A stretch of DNA of 63,445 nt, the filler included, from Collodictyon triciliatum (lineage: Eukaryota): assembly GCA_043381765.1 (NCBI GenBank). It is 4 parts of 4 records of this genome, joined end to end, with 100 filler letters (N's around TTAATTAATTAA, not from the genome) between each part and the next. Parts side by side here need not be neighbours in the genome. Positions count along the whole stretch, not along the records: positions 52,041 to 63,445 come from JBHJMP010001421.1; 3 more parts are not named here. One strand, 5' to 3'. A program made the position numbers and the translations under genes. The notes under the pieces were generated by a model. It saw only the letters and a program-made list of their open reading frames with translations, did not search any database and was not told the DNA's origin. Shown here in pieces: positions 54,117-63,445 of the stretch. The first letter of the stretch is position 1, and each line of letters starts with the position of its first letter.

Positions 54117-56437
54117 ATGCGCCGTCTCTCTGCAGCCGTTTGCGCTGCAGTCCTTCTCGGGCTCGTGGGCCTCAGCCAGGCGCGCTTCAACATCGGCTAC
54201 GGCTACAGCGACGTTTCGCCGACCGCGGAGCAGCTGCGACGAGGCGAGTGCTTCATGGGAGGCTACGGCGTCGGCCCCACACGCGGGCGGTAAAGCCAGC
54301 ATTCTTTATAGACAAACACTAACAAAACAAAACAAAACAACACAATAGAATACAAAACAAAACAAAACAAAACAAAACAAAACAAAACAAAACAAAACAA
54401 AACAAAACAAAACAAAACAAAACAAAACAAAACAAAACAAAACAAAACAAAACAAACAGGCCAGAAGGCATCCACGACCCCATCACGGTGCGCTCCATGG
54501 TTGTGGAGGATCCGTCCGCCCGGCAGACGGTTGTCCTCTCCATCATCGACTCAGTGGGGATCAGCAACATCGTCATGGACCGCATCCGCAATGGCGTCGC
54601 CGAAGCCACCGGCATCCCAGTGGAAAACATCTTTGTTGGCGCCACACACACGCACGCAGGCCCAGGTCCTGCTGAGCGCCCCACTTTGCATACCACACCA
54701 CACATACCACACTAACCATACCGTACCATTCCGTTCCAGATCTGCAGGGCCTCTGGGGCGGAGTCAGCGAGGGCTACAAGACCATTGTGGTGGACGGCGC
54801 TGTGGGCTCCATCGTCAGTGCGTGGCGCTCGCGTGTGGGTGCCACGATGCATGCATCCAAGGTTGCTGTGGACCAGAGCTACGCAAACAACCGCCGCGAC
54901 TGGGGATACACGGACACGGAGCTGACGGCCATCGATGTCCTCGACGCCGCCACAAACCGCCGCATCCTCACCTTCATCAACTTCCAGGCCCACCCGACGG
55001 CCCTGAGCGCCTCAAACATGGTCTCCTCCGCCTTTCCTCTCCTTTCGCAGCCGCGGGCCCTTCTGTCTTTCTGTCTGTGTTAGGCGCCTCAAATGTGATT
55101 GGCTAACCCCCTGCACAATCCGCACGCCATGTGCAGAGAACGCATCGCCCATTCAACCGCCTTTCTACCTAGCTCATGTCGGCCGACTGGATCTACTACA
55201 CCCGCCTGGCCATGGAGGAGCAGTTTGGCGTCCCGTCCATCTACTTCAACGGGCCCATCGGCGATGTCACGCCTGCCAACAGGAACGGCTCGGAGTACAC
55301 CGGCGCAGAGAACTACGGTCGCAAGATTGCAAGCTATGCCATTGAGGCTATGCAAGGCACAAAAACACAGATTCTTGGCCGCCTTGACGTTCGGACTGCC
55401 TACTACAACTATGTCATCACAAATCCCTTCTTTATCCTCGCCTATCGTGCCGGTCTGCTCGATTATAACGTACCGCATTCGGCTATTCTCTATCTATAAT
55501 GAGTCTGTTGATGATGGTGATATCTTTTATTTCTTTATTCATTTATTTCTTAATCTAATCATCTCGTTTTTTAGTTTCTTAGTTTCTTTGTTTGTTTGTT
55601 TGTTTGTTTGTTTGTTTGTTTGTTTGTTTGTTTGTTTGTTTGTTTGTTTGTTTGTTTGTTTGTTTACCTTCTCTCTTTTTCTTTCTCTTTCCCTTTCAAC
55701 ATTTCACGTGTATGGACGGCGAACTATCAAATGCACAGATTAACCCAGACGACAGCATCGACACGCGTGCCAGCTACTTCTCATTCGGGGCTGATGTTCA
55801 AGGTGAGTATTGTTGCTTTGCAGTAGATATTTATACGCTCCAATGTGCATGCTAATTTACTTGATTGTTTCTTTCCCGGCAAATACAGTATTGTTGCCGT
55901 CGATGTTTTATTTTAAAAAATGTCAATTATGAAAAATGCCGCTTTTTCCCCATCTATTTTTCATTCCCACCAGCTTTTTTGTCCAGGCACTCGTAATCTC
56001 TTTTTTTGAACAGGTGTGGCGTTTCCTGGAGAGTCGCTCACTCGCAACGCAGAGCCCATCAAGCAAGCCATGACCGCGCCGTTCAAGGTATACGTCTTTC
56101 TAATATCCACACCATGAAAAGCGCATTAGAAACCATTATCCACAACTATACACATGAAGAAGAGAACGAAGCCACACTCACAAACATGCATACTTCAAAG
56201 CTGTTCTTGGGACTCAGCGGCGACACTCTCGGCTATCACATCCCAACCGATGAATGGCTGACGGGACGAAACGGTAATCCTTCCTCAACAAACCTCACGA
56301 GACTGGCGAGGACAAGCGGAACAAACACGCTAACCCACAAACACACAACTCCAGGCAACTACGAGGAGACAGTCTCTCTGGGGCAATATGTGGGTGACTA
56401 TGTGCGCGACCTGCTGATCAGCCTCATGGCTGCCTAA
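54117..56437 (+). CDS. Secreted neutral/alkaline ceramidase N-terminal-domain family hydrolase, 8 exons
   Basis: Signal peptide MRRLSAAVCAAVLLGLVGLSQA; FMGGYG..GIHDPITVRSMV; IFVGATHTHAGP|D; INFQAHPT; MSADWIYY; YFNGPIGDVTP; AFPGE; LGLSGDTLGYHIP; YEETVSLG. Confidence 0.82.
54321..54457. repeat. (AAAAC)n microsatellite running up to a splice acceptor
   Basis: Tandem array read directly from the sequence; it ends ...AAACAG|GCC. Confidence 0.95.
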
Positions 56438-56644
56438 TAAACCGTGGCTGACTCACGCGGCACAGTGCTGACACAACCGCTCCGGCTGCCTTGCGCCAAA
56501 GTGAAAAACAGAAAAGAAAAGAAAAGAAAACCGAAGGCACATGGTTTGCTTCGTCCTTAGTTATCGCAAAAAGAGAGAGAGGAGTTACTGTTTTGCCTGC
56601 CAAGAGCATCGAAAAGAAGCCTCCTAACTGCCCGATCACTCGAG

Positions 56645-57739
56645 ATGGCCGACGCGGTTTCCTTTGCAGCTTTGGCCGAGGCTGCCACAAAACTTGCGGA
56701 GCATCTGTGCAACGCCGATGCCGACGCGTTTATCTGCTGCTACGATGCGCTGATTGGCGAGGGGCTTTCCGCAAAGCAGCTCGACTGGGTTAAAGAGCGC
56801 GCCCGCATTCTCTCGGAAGACCCTGCATTCACTGAAGGCGGTCAGACAGCGGAGCCGATCGAGCCCACACAGGACACGCGGCCGTGCAGCGAAGCCCATC
56901 CTCAGGAAACCAAAGGCGCGTGTGTGGAGGCTGCGAATCGGGATGTCGGCCGGGTGTTGGACGAGCAGCTCTGCAAAGCGGTCGGCACGATAGGAACGCC
57001 AGTTGCGGGGCTGAACTCAGGATCACGAAGGTCGGCTGGCAAGGTTGGTTCTTGGCTTTGTAGAAGCCAAAGCACTATTGATTTTGCCAAGTGTTTCTCT
57101 TGTTGTTTTTTTCATTTCTCTTCTTTTCACTTTTTCTTTTTCTTTTTCTTTTTTATCTTCTTTATCTTCTTTTTCTGTTTCTGTTTCTGTTTCTGTTTCT
57201 GTTTCTGTTTCGTTTCTGTTTCGTTTCTGTTTCTTTTCATTTCATTTCATTTCATTTCATTTCATTTCATTTCATTTCATTTCATTTCTCTTCTTCTCTT
57301 CTTTTCATTTCTCTTTTCATTTATTTTTTCTTGTTTTCTTTTTCTTGTTTTCTTTTCGCTTTCCTTTTCACTTTTCGTTTCTTTTTTATTTTTTATTTTT
57401 TATTTTTTCTTGTTTCCTTTTTCTTGTTTTCTTTTCGCTTTCCTTTTCACTTTTCGTTTCTTTTTCTTATCATGTGATTCACCTACTATGAACCTGCGGA
57501 CCTGATGAAACAGTATTTTTTTTTATCTCAGGTGTTTGATTCTGATAATAACCACAAAGACGTCCGCGATTTCTTGTCATCAAGTAATTTAAGTTTGAGT
57601 TGCAAACTATAAGATTAATAAAGGCTTACTTTATTCAGTCACATACACCACCAGACTCACATGCGCGGCATTTATTATAGGGTGGAAATATGCTCTTCTG
57701 AATCCTGAGGCAACCACATTGTCGTCTGCTTACTCATAA
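56645..57739 (+). CDS. Hypothetical protein, 3 exons
   Basis: A coding-like exon MADAVSFAAL...SAGK joins in phase to VFDSDNNHKDVRDFLSS|RWKYALLNPEATTLSSAYS*. No domain was recognised. Confidence 0.5.
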
Positions 57740-58436
57740 TTTTCTTCTCATTGCATATCCTGTCTTTGGCCCCCTTTTTTAACTTATTTTTGCCATTTGT
57801 CTTATCCCACGATTTTACTTGTAATGATAGATACTTTTGCCCTGTCCTGCTATACATCCTGCGTTTCTCACTTTTTTTCCACATCCTTATTGAGACACCC
57901 ATATATTAAAATCTGAAGAAAATGTAGATTATTGTGGCTTAATGCACAACGAGCCAANNNNNNNNNNNNNNNNNNNNNNNNNNNNNNNNNNNNNNNNNNN
58001 NNNNNNNNNNNNNNNNNNNNNNNNNNNNNNNNNNNNNNNNNNNNNNNNNNNNNNNNNNNNNNNNNNNNNNNNNNNNNNNNNNNNNNNNNNNNNNNNNNNN
58101 NNNNNNNNNNNNNNNNNNNNNNNNNNNNNNNNNNNNNNNNNNNNNNNNNNNNNNNNNNNNNNNNNNNNNNNNNNNNNNNNNNNNNNNNNNNNNNNNNNNN
58201 NNNNNNNNNNNNNNNNNNNNNNNNNNNNNNNNNNNNNNNNNNNNNNNNNNNNNNNNNNNNNNNNNNNNNNNNNNNNNNNNNNNNNNNNNNNNNNNNNNNN
58301 NNNNNNNNNNNNNNNNNNNNNNNNNNNNNNNNNNNNNNNNNNNNNNNNNNNNNNNNNNNNNNNNNNNNNNNNNNNNNNNNNNNNNNNNNNNNNNNNNNNN
58401 NNNNNNNNNNNNNNNNNNNNNNNNNNNNNNNNNTAC

Positions 58437-61400
58437 CGCAACATTCAGAAGATAAAACGAGAGCCACGCCGACTCTGCATTTTCCTTCTCGACCAAGAGC
58501 TGGAGTAACCCAAGTTCAATAGATAAGATTAGTCTATCGAGTTTTCGATGGCAAATCATTCTCTACTCTCATTTTTTTCAATAGAAAAAGATTAATTCCT
58601 CTCCTACTGAAGCTAAACTCGCATATTTTGCATATGTATTCATGTAATCACTGATATGACGAGCAATTTAAATAACCGATAAATGATCGTATGATGAGCA
58701 GAAAATCAACTGGAATACCATCTGGAAGGAGAAGCACCGAATATTTAGGAACTTGTAGCGCCGATCAAGAATTCCGTAGCCGAGTTCAAGCGCATCCAAC
58801 ACAGATTCGTATGTTGGCTTCAAGTCTGTCCACTTCTTCCGCAAGATACCCAACGATGTGGATTTCTATGCATGCAAATGATTATGCAGATGTCTGTCAG
58901 CTTACTCTCTCACACAAGCAAACGGAACGTCGACAACATCACACTCACCCACAAACATCAGACTGGCGTGGATTGCACAAGATGACAAAGGATAAAGGAC
59001 AAAGGACAAATGACAAATGACAAAGGACAAAGGACAAGGGACAGGCCACGGCAAACTCACGTCTTCTTCGGGAATCTGAATCATGTCGGGGAGTTTCGTA
59101 GTTTCTAGTCGTTCCTCCAACCATTCTGTGAAAATATCGATGTTCATTCCGTCTTTGAGGCCGTTTTTCCCGTGGAACACATCGTGGAGCTGCGAGTGGA
59201 CTTGTTAGATATTGATTGAAGGGAAGGAAGAAAAAAAAGAGGTCATATTCAATACCTCAGCCCAGGAAAGTAACCAAGGAAATACAAACGAGGATTTTGA
59301 AAGGAAAAAGTCTGTACTGCTTTTTCTGGGATGTCCAGGTCAAACAACTTTGCAATAATCCAGAGCTCATCCTTATCGATGCATTTGTTTCGGTCGCCAT
59401 CTGCGGCGTTGAATGCGCTCTTTGTAATTTCAAACAGATTGTTCGTTGTTGCGTGTGATGAAATGAAACAAATAAGTTGAGCGAAGGTAAAGAGTTGTAG
59501 TGTGTATATACGAAGTGTCTGGGATATAAAGCAAGAGGCGAAAACAGGTAGAAAGTCCCATGATTTCTCATCTAGTTATTCATCGTAAAAATACGCCGAC
59601 CAAGAAAGAGAATAGATTTAAATAGGTCTTCGTCATGTGCTTCTAGAATTCTTACTCGAAGAAAGTGCTGTCTTTTTTCATTCTCTGATATCCACTTGTT
59701 CATGATAAATGCCGTGAACTTGTCGAAATCGACAAACTGCTCGTCCCTTTTTCATACATGGAAACAAAATAGTAATCAGTGTTTACTTTTTAAACTAGGA
59801 AAGGAAGAGAGAAAAAACAACTCTGTCACGACGGAAGTGGCTGGACGATGAAAGCATACGATTCGCCTCCGCTCTGGCTCGGCAGACGCATTTCACTCCC
59901 GAGTTGCTGCTGAATGTCCTTTGAGTTGAGCGAATCAGGGGCAAACTTTTCGATGATTTTGTTTGCTCGCGTGATTGGGATTGTGATGCGGCCGGTTGCA
60001 TTCCCTACAAAGTTGTAGAATTCATCGCGTGATTGGACCACATTATGGAACTCTCGATGTCTCAGAGATTCTAATCCCACCATCTGAAGAAATAGGAAAG
60101 ATGGCGCACTTTCTTTTCTTTTATTTTTTTTTTTGATGGATTGTTTGCTTGCTTGTTTGTTGTTTGTTTGTTTGTTTGTTTGTTTGTTTGTTTGTTTGTT
60201 TGTTTGTTTGTTTGTTTGTTGTTGTTTGTTGTTTGTTGTTTGTTTGTTTGTTTGTTTGTTTGTTTGTTTGTTTGTTTGTTTGTTTGTTTGTTTTTTGTTT
60301 GTTTGTTTGTTTGTTTGTTTGTTTGTTTGTTGTTTGTTTGTTTGTTTGTTTGTTTATTTGTTTGTTTGTTTGTTTGTTTGTTTGTTTGTTTGTTTGTTTG
60401 TTTGTTTGTTTGTTGTTTGTTGTTTGTTTGTTGTTTGTTTGTTTGTTGTTTGTTTGTTTGTTTGTTGTTTGTTTGTTGTTTGTTTGTTTGTTGTTTGTTT
60501 GTTGTTTGTTTGTTGTTTGTTTGTTTGTTGTTTGTTGTTTGTTGTTTGTTTGTTTGTTGTTTGTTTATTTGTTTGTTTGTTTTTTGTTTGTTTTTTGTTT
60601 GTTTTTTGTTTGTTTTTTGTTTGTTTTTGTTTGTTTTTGTTTGTTTTTGTTTGTTTTTTTTTGTTTTTTTTTTGTTTTTTTTGTTTTTTGTTGTTTTTTG
60701 TTTGTTTTTTGTTTGTTTTTTGTTTGTTTTTTGTTTGTTTTTTGTTTGTTTTTTGTTTGTTTTTTGTTTGTTTTTTGTTTGTTTGTTTGTTTTTTGTTCA
60801 TTTGTTTTTTGTTTGTTTTTTACTTTTTTACATACGGAAGATACATAAGAAGGTATAATCGAATCAATCATATGATAGGAAGAGAGGAAAGTATGAACAG
60901 TAAGATCTAAACGGAAATTCACCCTGAAGTGCTCGGATTCCTCGACTCACCGTCCCACCGTCAACCAGAACAGTCAGTAATTGGCTGCACAATCCGTAAT
61001 CGAAAAAAAAACATATATATTGTGAACAATTGGGAATATGCATCATTTTAATATGAAATTGGCCTCGTATTACTTGTACCATTTTATGTACGAGGTTCAT
61101 ATCATATTGTAATTCAATTTTTTGATTGTTTCTGAATAAATAAATTTATAAATACATGAATATTTGAAAGTATTTGTTCAGAAGCGGTGCATGCTTCAAA
61201 TTGGGCATTCGACAGAATCGTAGAAACCATTGACAACGAAGTGAATTATCAGCATTCTGGATTGCTGTGTAAATCATGTCCTGTAGTTTCTACACGTGAT
61301 GTGAATTATCTTTATGTGATATTTTAAATACATGATAGGACGCAAAAGAAAAAAATCGACACAAATATTCCCTTTCTTTAGAAAAAAACTATTATTTTTT

Positions 61401-63350
61401 TTGCTGCATTGTTATGTATGCCACTATTTCTTAATACCTCTGTTGCTCTTTTTCCAAATTTAAGATAATGATACTTTAATGTAAAATCAGATATGATCGG
61501 ACGCGTGCTTTATTTTCAAAAAAAATAATAATTGGAATAAGAGGCATCAGTTAAAGAGTGAATTGAAATTATGAAACTCTGAGTGATGTTATTCTGTGTC
61601 TTAACGTGTATTATATTTATCCTCTTAGTATAGAGTGTTGCTCTTTAAAGTAATGGGAAAGTAGCAGACAATCACATGAAATATACATAAGTACTTTTTT
61701 GGAGTCTCATTCAAGATGAACTTGATAAAGTAATCTAACAGTTTTGGTGATGAAAAAAAAAGTAACATCGTTTATTCATCAAATTTAAATATTATGTCTT
61801 TGATAAAACCATAATTATGAAATGTATGCATTATGAGAACGAGTAAAAATACCATTATAGATATCCGTTATGGCCGTCTCTACATTGATGAGGGTCAATA
61901 CTTCTGGTGTGCGTTCTGTGTAAATAATAATAATAATATTATTAATAATAATAATAATAATGAAAAAGGAAAAATGTATATTTAAGCATCAATCATTTGT
62001 AATCTCAAGTCATTGCATTTATTCTAGAATTTTTATTTCAAAAAAGGAAAATAGTGAGCAACTTTTTGGCAGTATATGAATCCAAGAAGGTGCTCCATCA
62101 TGACCCGATTTTTTCCCGCTATTCATTAGCTCAGAACGTAGTGTCTGATGAAACAGAAAAAAAAACGTAATGCCATATCCGCTGTACATATTGAAAGAAG
62201 CGAATGAAACAAGAAAAAATTTGACATATTTACACACTCAAAATTATTGAAGTACCCCATGATTTGATATCAAAAGGATACTACGCTCAATGAAAATACT
62301 ACATGCCACCAAAACATACATCATCTTCCATGGATAGTTGGATTCCCCAATCATCACTTATCCACGACTTCAGCAATTCATCTGTTTGTATCCCTATGTC
62401 AAGCAAGAGTCAAATTCTACGTCCCGATCGTGTCAAAACTATAATGAAATAAACGCGGTTCATCTAAAGAATGGAAAAATAAGCTGGTATCTCTCTTTGA
62501 ATCGAATAAAGGAAAAAAAAAAGCTGGTATCTCTAGCAAACCTTTACTGAAACGACTTACGGAATCGATCCATCAACATGTCTTGTCCTGTTATCTCTGT
62601 TTGACAGTCACAGTCCGCCTGCTCACCAAATTTTGTTTGCGAACTGACGTCCTTCGTCACTCGTGAAACATCATTCTTTGACATTTGGACAATGGTAACG
62701 TGTATTCAGCATAATTAAACGCATGAAAAAGAAAAGAAATTTATGTGTCTTTTGAATTCAAGTGTGCATTCCTGTATTGTAGGATATTTATTTCCGGAAG
62801 ACAAATGCTTTGTACTTTGAACGATGTATTAAAAGCACACCAGTAATTGAGTATCGGAAACAACTAAACCGGGGTCATATCGGGAATCATCCTGGTTGCT
62901 GTGCGCGTTTTGGGGCTGTGTTCGCGAAGGACCGGAATTGAGAATCGGAACTACAAGTGATCAGTTTACTTCCACCGTAGTTTTTTGTATCATTTTCGGA
63001 ATACACTGGATGCTGGAGAGACATGACTAACGAGTGGCCCAGATGGCTTGGTTTGTGACCGAGAGGAATGTAGTTCCTGTCACAATAAATAGTAGATAAT
63101 ATTAAAGACAGGAGACAAGTAGATGAAAAGGAATCCGCCCGTTTTTTCGCTGTGATGTCTGACTTGTCCAAAGAGTCTCTCTATTATGAGACCTGCAGAA
63201 GATAAAATCATCATAACTAGTAAAAACGCACCTTGGACTAATATTGCCTCTCGGAGAGCATTGGCCTCGTCGACCATGGCTTGTTGGCTTCGTATGTACG
63301 CGGCATATTCTCGTTTTTCTTGTTTGAAATCCTCCAATATTTTCTTCAGT
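58437..63350 (-). CDS. Intron-rich coiled-coil/EF-hand protein, partial at both ends
   Basis: A chain of short, mostly phase-compatible exons: LKKILEDFKQEKREY..; DFTLKYHYLKFGK; LRCQWFLRFC; DEQFVDFDKFTAFI; and the EF-hand SAFNAADGDRNKCIDKDEL (~59420-59370). Some junctions near 63200-63080 are ambiguous. Confidence 0.6.
60141..60820. repeat. Degenerate (TTTG)n/(TTG)n array, ~680 bp, intronic
   Basis: Low-complexity array read directly from the sequence. Confidence 0.95.
62481..62534 (+). mobile_element. Very short retroposed insertion, family B copy 4 (26 nt, 14-bp TSD)
   Basis: AAGCTGGTATCTCT occurs at 62481-62494 and 62521-62534, flanking CTTTGAATCGAATAAAGG(A)8. Confidence 0.82.
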
Positions 63351-63445
63351 CTGATTGCACATAACAAAAAAAAAAAAAAAAAAAAGTAATGTTTGGATTT
63401 TATTTATTTTTATTTTTTATTTTTAAAATCATTTAAAAATAATGC

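Noticed and set aside
57340-57466. ~45-bp local duplication in a pyrimidine-rich intron
   Set aside because: It is a low-complexity slippage duplication with no distinct insert, tail or second locus.

Overview
This is eukaryotic, protist-like DNA: intron-rich, microsatellite-dense, and using the standard genetic code. The window is not one contiguous locus. It is four scaffolds (1-15565, 15666-33786, 33887-51940, 52041-63445) joined by artificial 100-bp linkers (N44-TTAATTAATTAA-N44), with four further internal N gaps. Recognisable genes, spliced by eye, are ATG2, a GT41 (OGT/SPINDLY) C-terminus, MPP-beta, an ABHD/YheT hydrolase, RBBP4/MSI1, a GID8-like CTLH protein, a TPMT-family methyltransferase, a coactosin-like ADF-H protein, a secreted ceramidase-like hydrolase and an EF-hand protein. 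Four observations stand out. (1) A ~2335-aa LRR-polycystin/TRP channel-2xSPRY protein mixes group-1 and group-2 TRP features. (2) Next to it are a possible MLKL-like helical domain-pseudokinase-SAM-WD40 protein and a divergently transcribed pseudokinase-Sel1 protein. (3) A microbial-type PARG is spliced to six PBZ-like zinc fingers. (4) Two families of very short A-tailed insertions with 13-18-bp target-site duplications recur across scaffolds. All domain calls come from motif recognition by eye; no searches were run.
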